Assembly (NCBI RefSeq): GCF_001194135.2
Contig: NC_068999.1
Coordinates: 17,757,572 to 17,821,571, forward strand
Length of the DNA stretch: 64,000 bases
From: Octopus bimaculoides
Lineage: Eukaryota
Reading direction: 5' to 3'
Position numbers and translations under genes: made by a program. The notes below the pieces were generated by a model. That model made no database searches and had not been told where the DNA came from. It saw only the letters and a program-made list of their open reading frames with translations. This document shows positions 1 to 14,700 of the stretch, in pieces; the stretch's first letter is position 1, and every line of letters begins with the position of its first letter.

Positions 1-1847
1 ATAGAAGAATAACTGAATATAGCAAGGCAGAACAAGTCAAATTGAGAACTTAGTGTCACATATTTATATTTAGGTGATGTATACAACGACAGCTTCTTAA
101 AGAAGTGACTTTCCTTTTGTTTGCTCAAGTTATTTTAAAATCCATTTATAGAAGCGACATTAACTGCATGCTATTTTGGTTTTATTTGAGAATTCTCAAA
201 TAAAGTGTCTTAAATACCAGTGGCTATCTTATTATATTTTATAATATTCAAGTGTCCAATAGAAAAGTCGATACTGAACCGATATAATGGCTATGTAGGT
301 GGACGTTTATGTTTAACCCAAAATTAAACAGAATATTTCTAGTTATTGAAATATTTTAATATATAGATAGTATTTATACTTAACCTATTTCAAAATTGTC
401 AGTATATGTGACGTATAAACAGAACTTCAACGTGTTCACCCTTATTACTAGAAATAATGGTTGAATCTCTTTCACTTTGGATAATTTTGTGTTGTTTTAC
501 TATAGAAATGTGTATCGCGTGTCATATGAAAGAATATGAGAAAATTACTCGTAAAATATCTTCTGCTTACACCATCTACTTCCAATTTGTGTTGCTTATG
601 AAACATAACCAAATTTTAAAACTACAGCCTTAACTTCATCGCGAAATATTACGGGGTTGATATATTCATTGTGATTGTTTAAACTTTGGCAGACTCGACT
701 ACGGGTATATATGATCAAAAGCTCGCATGAAACATCCAGGGTGATTTATGTGGGATATGGTCGTTCATAGGGATTATGAATTTATATTCGACGTATAAAC
801 AGACTTAGTAATAAAGGATTTAAAGAATATTTAAAAATTATTAGTGAAGTTGAACATCACTGATTCTTTGCCAATGTCCCGAATAATGTTCATTTATAAA
901 TACTAGGCTTTTTTCAGTAATTTGCTCAAACATTTTGAGTAAGGACATTAGTAGCACACAAATAACTAAAGAAAGGCTGGACGAGATTTGATATGGAAAG
1001 ATCAAATGTGCACAGAGTTCATTTGAGCTGCTATCATCGTTACCTATTTGTATTGTTACTCATTACAGATACAATCCTAAATCAGAGAAATTTATTGAAG
1101 TGACTGTAACCGCAACAATAATTAAATATATATTCGCTGGTTGTAATAAAAATGAAAACGATTAGCATTTTGTTCACATGTAAACAAATATTTTACTCGC
1201 CCATCGAATGGCATGTGTCCTTCATATTAGACAGTTCAAGACAACCAAACTTACAGACAAGTAGGACTTCTTCGTTCTAACCTATATAAAACCGGGGCAG
1301 AAATAGAGGTTTTGAAGAGTAAAATATATTCATTTTATTGGAATAAAGTGTACCCAGAATTGTGAAGGAAAAATTTTAAAATCTGATTTACATTTTATAA
1401 AAAGTAGCATGTGATTTTGTGGGGAAATTTGCCGTTAATTCAAGCTGTTGTGAATAAAACTGTATATAATTAGTTTCTGCCCGACTTTCAGAATTTCAAT
1501 GAATTTACTTATCTGTAGGGACTGATCAAATTTGAAATAATATTTTACCCAGTCTACTATGTATATTTCTGTAATCAGCATTGGGAATACAATAAAATAA
1601 ATTATTAGTGAAACTGCTATTGGCTTCCTAAATTATTCCTAACTAGCAGCTTAATTATTTGCGTGATTTCTTTGTTTTGTCGAAAATGGTTACTGATGTA
1701 TGACAAAGATGTATGATTATGAAAATATGTATAACAAAGAATGCATAACGCGTTGTTACTCCTCACACAAAGTATCAGCAGTGAAATAAGGCCCGAGTGA
1801 ATGGAATCAATTATTATTTCAATTTATGGCCGCAGATCTAAGCTGAA

Positions 1848-1897
<50 letters not shown>

Positions 1898-4800
1898 TAG
1901 TCAACTAAATAACCTATTCCTGAATAAAGAGTGTATGTGGCTGGGTATTCCAAAATATTTAATTTACAAGATATTACTGAAGACGCAATGCTGTGGAAAG
2001 TATCTTAACCATTCCTCCGTGATGTCTCTACATATATTCGTGTGTGTGGTTGTGTATGCGTGTGTGTGTGTCTTTGTGTGTGTATTGAATAATGTTTGTT
2101 CGCAAAGCATGTATTGCTAATAATTATTTTATGTAATCTCAATTCATCCATTGAAGAAAAATAACACATTACTATTGCGAAAACTTTTTCATGTTTGATC
2201 GACTTGCTCAAGAAGCAGCAACATATCAGAAACATTTTTGATTATATTTGATTATAGATTTGTGTATGTCAGAGCTGACCTGCCCATAGCGGACTATACA
2301 CGGATCATTTAATCTGTCATTCTATTATCTCTGAATGTTTTCTGCTAGTTTCTAAGTTAATTATGTAACATTCATAAAGAGAAGCATCAACATTATTTAC
2401 AATATTTGGATTCATAATTCCTCGTAAATGCACTTAATCCTTCAAAAATTCTCTCGTATTGTAATGGTTTGTCATCTCAAAATCTAATGAATGTGCAGAA
2501 CGTCAGTGCTAGAGGAATCGTAAAAAAAGAGAATTTTTGGAATAAAATGAATAAATAAAATATACTGGCAACTGTGTGGATTGAAATTCAACTTCTTATC
2601 GTTATAAAATTTCCTTGCGTTATCAAAAGCCGTATCAAAAGAACTGCGAAAATTCTCCGTTAAATCTTTCTACCTGTTAATACAGATATGAAATATGTTT
2701 CCCTAAATAAATTCTCGACCTTAATAATTTTCAGCGAAACACGATAAAATTTTAATCCTGTAGATATCATAACCGAGGCACATGTGATTTCACTGCTTCA
2801 GATGTAATTAGGCTATAATTTCTCATAAATAGAAATAAAACAAACGGGGTTAGTAACAGATCGTATCATATTGCAAAGGCAGGAAGGTTATTAAAATTAT
2901 AGAAGTGATTTATCATTATATTCATGTCCTCTGTTTTGAAGCTTTAATACTTTTCAACGTGGAGTTGAAATGTCGCAATGGAATTATCACAGATTAAACA
3001 AAATGATTAAGCTCTTCAAATAGTGGATTTTCATATCAAATAACATTACATTAAGGTAAATATTGACGTAAATTGAGGTATATCTTAAACAACGGGCTAT
3101 AAAAGCACAGGTGAAATTTCAAATCTTATCTTTCAACAAATTAAATTCATCTCTTTCCGCCTAGAAAATATGTAGCATAACAGGGCAAAAATCCAGGAAT
3201 TTTGCGCTGCCTGTTACGCACATCAGTTAAAACTTCTGTAATGGTGGATTCTCAAAGAAGGACAAAAATGCCTGATATAGAATTTTCATTCACAAACACG
3301 AAAATAATTCCCAAGGAATATTTTTGATCGATCATTTCGCTACTAGGTCTGTATTGTAATTGCTTTATACGTCCTTGTTTTATGACGGAGAACTAATTTC
3401 GGATAGATTAAAAGTATAAATAATAATGTATAAATAAATTACAAGCAAATGTCACATCTGTCTTTACTATCCAGTGAATTATTCTCTATTCTGGCAAAGG
3501 ACGTGGTAGAAATAGAAGCCATATTTACATAAATCCCTTGTCTGTAAGATGATGTATTCCTATTTTCCCGATAAACATCTAACATCTTGCAGAATATTTA
3601 AGGTTTCTTTAACAACAAATACAGCTGAATGAGGTTAGCTGAACTTTTGTTTCCGGAAAGTAAAATCGTATAATGATATTAGTATTGTAAATAATTAACC
3701 TAATACTAAACTAATTATATGATATTTTGAAATATATAATCATTCTAAATTGAAAAGCTTTGATACATAAATTCACACAGATTTATAAATGTGTCGTTAC
3801 AATAATACCTTAAAGCAAGCAGCTGAGTAAGTATCACCGTAAGGCTGCAATTATAGTTCCTTCATTAATTGAAGCTACATGATTCAGCATACTTATCCAA
3901 GTTAGATCGTATATGCTTCAGTAACAACCATAATTCCATTGTTTGTTAGGGTTCCCCCTGTTGTTTTTTTTTTCTTTTGCACGCGCTTGTGTCTAATTAT
4001 GTCTAATTATAAAGAAAATTATCACCTTATTGTTAAACTTGCAACTTTCGAAGTAACACTCGCATCATATCAACCAGATCTTATGCATCATTAGAGGCAC
4101 AACATCTACATTTCCTATGTGTTAGTCATATCACAAAATCTACACTTTATCATGCGTCATCAGACGGCGTATTTCTTATTCTCTTGTTCGTAGCACGAGA
4201 AATAGTTCTGATATTTCAGGAAAAAAATCAGCATTTTCAGGGTTCAGAAATACATATTGGAAATCTTTTACTAATTTTTATTCTTTAAGCAGAATTATTT
4301 TTATATATTGTATGAACACAAGTGTCTACTTAACTAATGCTAAAGTTTTGTGAGAAGAAATCAAATATAGACTAGTGGCAGGAAAAAAAACGGACAGAAG
4401 CATTTCACTACATAGAAGCATTTCACTACACCGATTATTGAGTTCTTGCATCTAATAAATAAGTGTATGTCAAAGCAACGTATATCGAAAAGAAAAAAAA
4501 ACACACACAAAGATGAGTGTTATAAGGCTACAGAACTGGTCACAATGCAGCATTTCGATAAGTGTATTTACAAACAAAATTTTATTTCCGCCATCATCAA
4601 ATCTGTTTCATCTTCCCTTTGAATAGAAAAAAAACGTTACCAGTGATATCAGTTAACACGTTTGTTGTTGTGTAGCCCCAAGTCCAGCTATCAATGATCG
4701 TAAATGTAATTGAAATGATGTCCGTCTTGCTCATGGCTTCATTTCTTTTTTGTTGCCTTTTTTTTTTCTAAGAAGTAATATCAAATAGTGAAATAACAAC

Positions 4801-5173
4801 TAACGTAATGCATATGTCGAGCATAGTAGCTTCAAATACACAATACTATAGTCGTAGGAGCAAGATGTGATCACCGTTAAACAATGTTTTATTTCAACAG
4901 AAACAATAATAATTAGCAACTCATACTAGTTTGTATTGCGGCGGGTGAATAAATTGCTTTGCCGTTGGTTAGTTATAATCTAATAGATTATGTGACACGT
5001 TTTGTTGCAGATTAGCTCCAGATTAAAAGATACATGTACTTTCAGTTTGCCCCATGAAGGGCTGTATTGATTTTGTGAATTCTAATAGGAAGTTTAATTA
5101 GGTACATATTTAGATTGACAGACCGACAGACATATAAGTTAATAGAGAGTTAAATAGACAGGCAGATAGATGG

Positions 5174-5265
<92 letters not shown>

Positions 5266-5825
5266 AATACCTAGCTAAATGGACATCCATACATACAGAG
5301 AGACAAACAAGTAGATAGATAGATAGATAGATAGATAGATCGGTAGAGCAAGAAAGTGAGAGGGTGTCAATATTGTATATGCTGTTATTTATGCACATGC
5401 CAGTGCCGAAGCAACAGGGTTATGAACAAAGTCTTTCCAGCTATGCCCATTACAAAATTTTGGGCCGGTTATGTTCGACCGTGTAACTCAATGTGTCCTT
5501 AGATATTTACGGTGGTTGGGGATAATGTGGAGGATGTTTGCCTATATTCCACTTGTTGGATAAGTTATTATATTGCAGCTCGTTTTCGTCCGTAACGCAT
5601 AAACTAAATGTTGTGTAGTTATCGACATTTGTTAATGTTTTACTTCATAATTATACTGATAAATTAGATGTTTCACACGGATCGCATATTTAATAGTTCA
5701 TAAACACTTATTAATTGTCTGATAGTATTTACAACCGTTAATGTATAACTTACACTTTGTTTTAATGTCTGTCAGGTGGAACATACTGAAACAAATAACC
5801 TCACACGCATATTATTCTATTCGTA

Positions 5826-5921
5826 TTTTATTGTAATTTACTCAGTTTCAATCATTCGACCACAGCCATATTGGATTATTTGTTTGGGGCATTTTAGTCG
5901 ATCCAATCGGCCTCGGTGATT

Positions 5922-5966
<45 letters not shown>

Positions 5967-6013
5967 ACGAGTTTCCTTCAGGTTCCGTCTGTCAAACCCA
6001 TTCACAAGGCTTT
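5826..6013 (-). mobile_element. Degraded partial family B SINE
   Basis: Reverse complement contains AAAGCCTTGTGAATGGGTTTGACAGACGGAACCTGAAGGAAACTCGTCTATA, then (TA)n, then CCAATATGGCTGTGGTCGAATGATTGAAAC, in the same order as the copies at 24284 and 26378. Confidence 0.55.
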
Positions 6014-6455
6014 GCCTATTTTACAGTCAGCCCAGCAGTTCTGAAAAGTTCGACAACATGATACTAACCTCCATGTCTTAGTCACTAATCCACAAGTCTC
6101 TCGATGTTAGATCAGTTCGTTGTAAATATCTTACACTTTAGTTAGAAGCAAATTACTGGTAACCTTGTTTGACATATGACATTTTTAAGTCATAAATAAT
6201 GAGCAATTCATGAGAAATATTAAGTATTTAATGCATGATGTATTAAATCATTTATAAACAATCAGTATAGTATGTTAAGTCATTTACAAATGATTTACGT
6301 AATATATATGACGCATTAAATCATTTGCCAACAGTAAACAGCACTCGATGTTTATACTATGTAGGTGAGTCGAGGCTTCCTAGTCTGCGTATACGTGAAT
6401 ATCGAAAGGATCTGTTGTACAAGTGCAAATGTGTACGTTGAATATCCACACTCAC

Positions 6456-6560
6456 CCACTTCCTCTTTCTTTGCCCCGTGCAATGAAAAATAGTGTTTCG
6501 AGCAAGGGAAACAACATTCTAGCAGTTCTTGATAAGACATTGCATTTAACAACAGTGAAT
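6456..6560 (-). CDS. Candidate coding exon (105 bp), product unknown
   Basis: Acceptor GACTTTTCACTTCCGTATAG| and donor GG|GTGAGT; length divisible by 3; two of three frames open (SLLLNAMSYQELLECCFPCSKHYFSLHGAKKEEV or FTVVKCNVLSRTARMLFPLLETLFFIARGKERGS). No homology recognised. Confidence 0.25.
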
Positions 6561-6902
6561 CTATACGGAAGTGAAAAGTCACGCTCAAATTCCATCTGTG
6601 ATTGAGATACATAATACTCTAAATTGCACTTTTGAGATAACAGTCCGTCAGATCACGTGGCTATGAAATGCAGTTTTGTCGTAAATTATAAAGCTAGATT
6701 CTCATCAGATTTCCAATTTCCAATCTCACGAATAATACATCAGAGGCTAATGCGTATCTTTTTCATCTTAAGTTCAGCATAGTCACTTCAATCTTTCTGC
6801 CATAATTTCCAGTATTGGTTCACTAAATGGTATTGAATAAATGAGCGCAATGCTGAAAGGAATATTACCTCTCCTCGCCATACATACCAATAATCTGTGC
6901 TT

Positions 6903-6906
<4 letters not shown>

Positions 6907-6993
<87 letters not shown>

Positions 6994-7020
6994 TCGTATG
7001 TATGTATGTATGTATGTATG
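6907..7020. repeat. Compound microsatellite (CT)n(AT)n(TATG)n
   Basis: Directly visible tandem units. Confidence 0.95.
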
Positions 7021-8203
7021 TGTGATCGTCCAATGATAAACTCTCATATATGAAAATGCAGCGTAGAATGCAACTGAACATACACATGACTAAAGTGTTT
7101 TATTTCGGATATGTTTACCTTTTAGTGAGAAGGAGTAGTTGACACGATTGATCATATTGTTAATTTATTTTATTACTTATATTTTATAATATTTTATAAT
7201 ATAACGGGAATAGGAACAATTTGACCTGTTCGAGTAAATTTCAAATAGTCGGTCGATTGCTAGGATTCCTCTCATATCACACCACATCAACAATGCAAAC
7301 AAATAATTCGATCCTGGATCCTGTCGCCTAAGAAAGCAAAAACATTTGTCATGGTTTCAATATAATTGGTCCCCTTTGACATCAGGCAAAGCAACACCAG
7401 ATATAATGTAATTTGTAAAACGCTGGAACAGACCACTTGTAATCCTTTGTATTTCTGTTTATAAGAATGAGAAGGAATGCTCTGTAACTACATATTTCTT
7501 TCACATGCGAACGTACTAGTCAAAATTTCACCGAATTCAACATTGATGACATTCTTTTGGGATCGACAAAGAAGCAGTTGAATACAGTTGTTGATGTAAT
7601 CTACAGACATAATTCCACCCAAATTATTAGCCTAGTGTCAATATGAAACAATTATTATGGTTAAAAGACAAAAAAAAGGTGAATAAAATGAACGTCCATA
7701 TCAATAACAATAATGATATCAACGATAAATATCATAAAGAATATAATGAAAATAATATAAGTTACTTATCTTTTCTGCACTAAAATAATAGCAGTGATGC
7801 TAACTACAACCTAAGCATTAGTACTACTTCTTATAGTTCTACGTTATAGAAGTGGTTAAAATAATAAATTAATTCGTATTATCAATGTTCATTTTGTTGT
7901 TGTTAACATCGTTATCATTATGAAAGCAATGGTGACCTGTTAACACGATGTATTCTTAGAGACACTGTTTGTGAAACCACACACGATGATGTTTTTATTA
8001 TATAATAATTTTTCTACAACGGGAAGCATGATTCTTAGTAGGTTACAGCCACGCATATATAGGTGCACGCGCCTATTATGTGTAGAGAAGCAGTCAGACA
8101 CGAGCTTATATACACGCACACAAACACGTATATACTTTTGTTCACGAAAATATAAATATATATAAACCTATATATATGCATAGAGATATATACGCATATA
8201 TGA

Positions 8204-8239
<36 letters not shown>

Positions 8240-8819
8240 NNNNNNNNNNNNNNNNNTATATAGGCACACACACACAGAAATACACATTTTTATGTATATA
8301 TGCATATATACGCACACAATAATATTGACAACTACATACGCTCACTTAACACAATATTTTAATGAAGCTTAAAATCTAATGTAAAATAAACATAAAAAAT
8401 TCTAAGGAAAGCTCGGGAATTAAAACTTTACATTATACTGAGTTTATTTCACACTCTGCCAAACTTGACGTTTTCACCGATAGGCAAATGCCAAACCAAA
8501 TTAACTACAAGTGTGAAAATATGTTACAACTTCCCCGTTACATGCATGCAGTTCTTCCTAAATGTGTTGGAACATATACAGAGGTATCCTTTAGTGTATT
8601 TTCTGTTGGGGGTTTATTTATTTAACCGTTCATTTGTTTTCCACTGAAATCCAAGGAATGCATATTTTCTGTATACATTCGCGAACAACATGTATAGGCT
8701 TAAACGGCTAAACACAACACGTTAATGCCCCCCCTACACATATATATGTGTGCGTGTGTGTTTGTGTTTGAGGGTGTATACATATGTATATATACATATA
8801 CATATATAAATACACACGC

Positions 8820-8862
<43 letters not shown>

Positions 8863-9068
8863 TTATACACATATACATACATATATATNNNNNNNNNNNN
8901 NNNNNNNNNNNNNNNNNNNNNNNNNNNNNNNNNNNNNNNNNNNNNNNNNNNNNNNNNNNNNNNNNNNNNNNNNNNNNNNNNNNNNNNNNNNNNNNNNNNN
9001 NNNNNNNNNNNNNNNNNNNNNNNNNNNNNNNNNNNNNNNNNNNNNNNNNNNNNNNNNNNNNNNNNNNN

Positions 9069-9115
<47 letters not shown>

Positions 9116-9187
9116 ACATACATACATATACATTTATATATACATACATACATATATACATACATACATACATACATACATACATAA

Positions 9188-9221
<34 letters not shown>

Positions 9222-9732
9222 GGAGAGAGGGACAGAGAGGGTGAGATGGAGAGAGAGAGAGAAACACACACCCGCGCGCACACAAGAGTTAAGGAATGAT
9301 GTAGAACATATCCGAACTACATGCGTTTCCTGGCGAGCGGAACCTCGGAAGTAGTAGATATCTAAGCGTAGTGTATGCTGCAGGTTACATTTTAAGCCAG
9401 ATGTATCTTGATTAAATGATGTTTACATTGTCGTTAGGAGGTACATGTCAACACACGGATGATTATGTAAATATTTATGTCTGCAATTTTCGATGAGGTA
9501 AATTAAGCGCAAAATTTACAATTAATCAACAGATGAATGTCGGAATTAGAATTTATTTGCTTCTTTGCTTGTAAAATAAATCCACGGTAAAATTTACTAC
9601 AGAACCATTTTGATAAATATGCATACACTAACACTCACACACGTGCGAGCACACACAGACACACAATCACGCGTGTGCGTGTGTATATGTGTAAGTGAGT
9701 ATATGTGTGTGTGTGTGTGTGTGCGTGCGTGC

Positions 9733-9765
<33 letters not shown>

Positions 9766-10827
9766 TGTGTTGAGATTCTCTCGTAGTACGAGAAAGACGT
9801 TTCTGCCTTTTCTTGTTCAACTGCCCATATTTTGTTTATAGTGATGAAATGTATGTGCCTTACGTTATCTCCCTCATGCCATTAAATCGACGTTGTCTGA
9901 ACAGGCAAGTATTTTACTGAATAGGCAAGTATTTTGTTCAATAACAGAATGCACCACCAACTCCAGGAACACGAACCATGGTTTCGCACTGGTCTATGTC
10001 CTTTTAGCAGAGATATACTTTTGCTTAGTTAAACACATGCCACAATGATACGACTCGCAAAATATATTTACTTACATGCATTCGGACGAGTTCTTCGTAC
10101 TGAGAAATGTTTCTTATCTTCAGACCCTAAGCGTCCTACATCCTGGAAGATGTGGCGATGCTCCGTTTCCTTTCCTAATCGACACATATACATCTACATA
10201 TACATTAGTTTAATAACTACACACACGGCATATATTTATATGTACATGTGTGCGTATGTGTGTTTTTTGTGGGGTAAGTTCCAGAGGATTCATTACATTG
10301 TCTCTAGGTGTGTTATATGACTGACGATCAATTTTTGAGGGCTTATTTTGAGTGCAGTCTGTTCGCTGCCTTTGATTACGATTATTAATACTATGAACGT
10401 GGTGCTCTGTATTTCATGAGTTAGCATAGGACTGTTTTACAGTGTGACGGTTGAGTATTTTGGTATACGCTACGTTTTTACGGAAGCAATCCTGGATGAG
10501 ATTTTAGAGCCCCAGATTGGGTTATTCATTCCCTAATTCGATGGGTATATAACAGCATGCCAGCCGACTCTAAAAATCTCTAATGAGATATCTTTATCAT
10601 TGTACTTGAAGAGACCAAGACTGATGGGTCAAAACATGTGTTGTACCTAATAAAAGCGTAATACGAAATCCATCTCCTGCTGTCAATTAATCCTATTAAT
10701 CTAACTAACCCTGCAGAATTCCTGAAGTAGATCCAACGAAAAAGTACCACAACTGCTAATGACAACACGTAGCCTAAACTAACATTTAAACACACTAATC
10801 GCATTATACTTATTTGTCCTAATTATT

Positions 10828-10869
<42 letters not shown>

Positions 10870-10872
<3 letters not shown>

Positions 10873-11010
10873 TGTCTTCTGCTTGGTAATTCTGTTAATA
10901 TCCTGGGCAGGGGTCTGGATTGTATCCCTCAACAAGTTCTATTATTTCAGGTTGCTCCGAGGCTATCAGTTTGAATATGGTGCAATAGAGTGTAGGTATA
11001 GAAGTCCCTC
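10870..11010 (-). mobile_element. Possible very degraded CR1-like LINE reverse transcriptase C-terminal remnant
   Basis: Frameshifted minus-strand translation SIPTLYCTIF...EIIELVEG/IQSR loosely follows the CR1-type motif RPHLEYC...W.P...DI..LE.VQRR. Similarity judged by eye only. Confidence 0.2.
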
Positions 11011-13561
11011 ACTCGACGTGTTACATCGTATGTGTTGCTTTGAGTGAAGTGTGTAAGACCAAAGGACTGCCGTTATATGTTCTCACCGCATGGAAGAAAT
11101 TAGTGAAAGCAAGACATATTGTACAACGCTTACTTGATTCTGAATGACAGCTGCATATATATATATATATACANNNNNNNNNNNNNNNNNNNNNNNNNNN
11201 NNNNNNNNNNNNNNNNNNNNNNNNNNNNNNNNNNNNNNNNNNNNNNNNNNNNNNNNNNNNNNNNNNNNNNNNNNNNNNNNNNNNNNNNNNNNNNNNNNNN
11301 NNNNNNNNNNNNNNNNNNNNNNNNNNNNNNNNNNNNNNNNNNNNNNNNNNNNNNNNNNNNNNNNNNNNNNNNNNNNNNNNNNNNNNNNNNNNNNNNNNNN
11401 NNNNNNNNNNNNNNNNNNNNNNNNNNNNNNNNNNNNNNNNNNNNNNNNNNNNNNNNNNNNNNNNNNNNNNNNNNNNNNNNNNNNNNNNNNNNNNNNNNNN
11501 NNNNNNNNNNNNNNNNNNNNNNNNNNNNNNNNNNNNNNNNNNNNNNNNNNNNNNNNNNNNNNNNNNNNATATATATATATATAATTGAAAGAAAAGGAAT
11601 AATAATGTAGATGTTGTTTTATGAATGAAGCGTATTAACAAAGCTGCTCACATTATCGGTTCCCAAATGTATAATATTAAATGCTTTGATACATATTTAA
11701 TTGTATACATAGAAATATTTCTGTTGTTTATCAAAGGGCTTGAAGTATTCGTCGACGGAGAATTACGAAACGCGGATTACGAGTTAAGTATATATTTCTT
11801 TCACGTTGAGTCGACAACCATTAATTCTAAGTAGAATTTTTAGTTTATTCATTACTTCGAAGCAGGCAAAGAATAAAATTCGCAAAGGTCACTGACGAAA
11901 AGCTAGTCAAGGATATAGATTTATTACGATAAATATTCAAACATAAACAATTTTACAATATAAAATCAGGTTTGTGTGTTCACAAATCTGTTCAAATTAT
12001 ATTGTGCTTTTTACCATCACTGCTGACACATTGTATTATTGTGTATATATTATCACCAGTCAAGAGAATTTTGATTTAAGGTTGCTAATCGTGTTTAAAC
12101 TTTTGAACCAATCACTTATATCTATCTGAACAAAAATAGTTACTAAGATGTTAAAGAATTGTGCTACACACGTGCAAATATTAAACACCTATAATAAGAC
12201 AGAAAGATGAGAATGGGCGGTAAATTATTCACAAAACAATCTTAGTTAATAACGTACTTAATAAAGAAAATTATTCTTGCCTTTCTCAGATTAACAGCTT
12301 GTTATACACAACTATTATAGGTTGAAGGACTATAGATACTGATATAATAATATTGATTGTGACAAGAGATCTCTTCCGCGAAACCTAAGTGAAGAATGTG
12401 TCATATAATTAGTTCGAGTCTGTTACTGCTTCATTATCAATTCATATATGAATATTTTGTGAAGAGAGCGATGAAAATAAAACGTGTGAAAGACCATGAT
12501 ATTCTCTTCTATATTTGTCCTGAGAATTATGCTGAATATGATATTTCTAATCACAGCAATAGATTTATACTAATCAGACACGTTGTCATCTTAGGTACGT
12601 GTTAATAGGCGGTGAGCTCACGTCACCGATTAACACTAAACACTGGATTTCCTTTCATTATGGAAATCCATGTAATGCCCCATATTGTGTTGAAACATAT
12701 ACACGTTCAGGTCAAATTTGTACATTCTCATCAACAATTTTATATGCGATTATGCTGTCTACACTACTTTCTTTGAAAGAAACAGGCTATCGGTCTATAT
12801 CATTCCGTAACCCTCTCAAACTGACCTTATTGTGCAATTAGTTACGCTCTAATGAATCTAACAATCATTAATTTGGTGAATTAATAGATATACGTGATGC
12901 CATAAACTTGTTAATAGTGATCTATTAATTTCCATTTAATTATATTGAAGTCTGACTTCCATTTGCCAACTCTAAAATTCTTCCAAGTAATTTTGTAGCA
13001 TTAATTGTTGTATGAAGTGTAATGAATACTTGTCACTGAATCAAATATGTGATAACTTTTACCATTAATACAGTGATTTTTGAAGATATGCACCGACCAT
13101 GAACATATTATAATTTACGACCTTATAAATAGAAACATCTTCATTCTACAATTTCATACGACTATAAATTTACTTTAAGACACTATATAAATAGACTGTC
13201 TGCGTAAATAACAAGTAATGTTGTTAATATAATTGTTATGTCAGATGATGCTCAGATGATCTGAACTGATTACCGACAGAAACTTAAAATGCGATTGTAT
13301 TGGATTCTTTGTGATCTAAATTTGCTTCCGCTGTTGCTGTTAGACTACAACATGTATTTCGGTTTACATCGGTAATTCACCGAGCTGTTCTTAAGAACTT
13401 ATAATTTATATTCTGAGGCGAACACCCCCACAAATATCAAAGAATGATGTTGGAACGAAAGGAACTACTACTACTACTACTACAACTACAGCTGCTGCTA
13501 CTCTTATTACTACTACTACTATCAATAATAATAATGATGGTGATAGTAATACTAATTCTCG

Positions 13562-13761
13562 TTTCAAATTTTGGCACGATGCCAGGAATTTGGAGGAGAG
13601 GCAAGTCGATTGCATCGATACAAGCCCTCCAATGGCTCTTATTTTATTGACCCCGAAAGGAGAAAGGCAAAGTCGACTCGACGGAATTTAAACTCTGAAA
13701 ATAGACGGACGAAATACACACTTCGCCCGGCGTACTAATGACTCTGCCAGTTCGCCGTCTT
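13562..13761 (-). mobile_element. Family A SINE (tRNA-derived, Octopus-type)
   Basis: Head AAGACGGCGAACTGGCAGAGTCATTAGTACGCCGGGCG, B-box-like GAGTTTAAATTCC, core GTCGACTTTGCCTTTCTCCTTTCGGGGTCAATAAAATAAG; collinear with about 15 other copies in the window. Confidence 0.85.
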
Positions 13762-13765
13762 GATT

Positions 13766-13777
13766 ATAATAATAATG

Positions 13778-13833
<56 letters not shown>
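13766..13833. repeat. (AAT)n microsatellite
   Basis: Directly visible; abuts the family A head. Confidence 0.95.
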
Positions 13834-13834
<1 letters not shown>

Positions 13835-14656
13835 GTTTGGTGTATTAGGATTCGAAACAGTGTCCAATGTTAACATTAACGTGGTATCAGCTTTAGTCTG
13901 GCGACAACTTAATTTCATGTTGTACTAAAATCGGAATAGCTAGTTAATGGTAGACAAATCGTATTCAAGTGACACTCTTGTTTATTCATTGATGGCTCTT
14001 GAAATCTCCACTGAACTTTTTAATCATAAACATATAATCTGTTTCATACAACAGCCAAGAAAGCTCAATGAAGTGAAAATCTAGCGTGTAAGACTTATGC
14101 GTACAACAATACAATCTCTTTTATTTGTTAGATTTGTTTGCAAGCTCTCACACTGAAAATATTTTATACATATCTATCTATTTATTTCAGCTGTATGATA
14201 TATACAAAAAGTATATCTTTAAAAACATTTTTCAAATGGAATCCATAAACAACCAACGATGAATAACGAATGTAACCCATTAAAATTTGTGACAACGTTT
14301 GAAGATTTTTCGAATAATAGCTTCAACAGAATTTTCTCATAATGTTTGGGTGTGAACAGGATTCGTGATACGCAATAAAACATACCACACATCTACAAAC
14401 AAATCTGCCAAACTATATTTTTAAAAAATCGTTTCCCTCAATCTACTTGAATATTCATAAGTATATTTAGAGAGACAGTGAGAGAGAGAGAAAGAGAGAA
14501 AGAAAGGGAGAGAGAGAAAGGAAGAGAGAGAAAGAGAGAATGTGTGTGTATGTTTCAGAGTGTGTCTATATAGAGACAACAATGTGAGAGACTAAGTAAG
14601 GGAGATAGTCAGTGTGTGTGTGAGGGAGAGAGAGAGAGATTACGCAACATTTACAC

Positions 14657-14700
14657 TTGCAAATATTAGGAAATGAATGTGTTTTTGTGCAAACTACTAC
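14657..14700 (+). repeat. Left arm of a 44-bp inverted duplication (partner 16658-16701)
   Basis: TTGCAAATATTAGGAAATGAATGTGTTTTTGTGCAAACTACTAC is the reverse complement of 16658-16701 at 43 of 44 positions. Confidence 0.9.

Noticed and set aside
3094-3105. GGGCTATAAAAG TATA-box match with TGACGTAA upstream
   Set aside because: No clear initiator or downstream exon; TATA-like words are frequent at this AT content.
4110-4163. Minus-strand CTGATGA...GAAA spacing; other CTGANGA words at about 6710, 10115, 31686, 31990, 34322 and 62257
   Set aside because: No paired stem II directly between the core motifs, so these are not hammerheads.
7366-7376. 11-nt match to miR-133 (TTGGTCCCCTT); also short matches to miR-750 (about 24861) and miR-2 (about 50508)
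   Set aside because: Matches end after 10-11 nt and there is no complementary hairpin arm.
7500-7640. Plus-strand peptide NIDDILLGSTKKQLNTVVDVI resembling an RT YxDD region
   Set aside because: The Tyr/Phe before xDD is missing and no neighbouring RT motifs were found; it also overlaps a competing minus-strand exon candidate.
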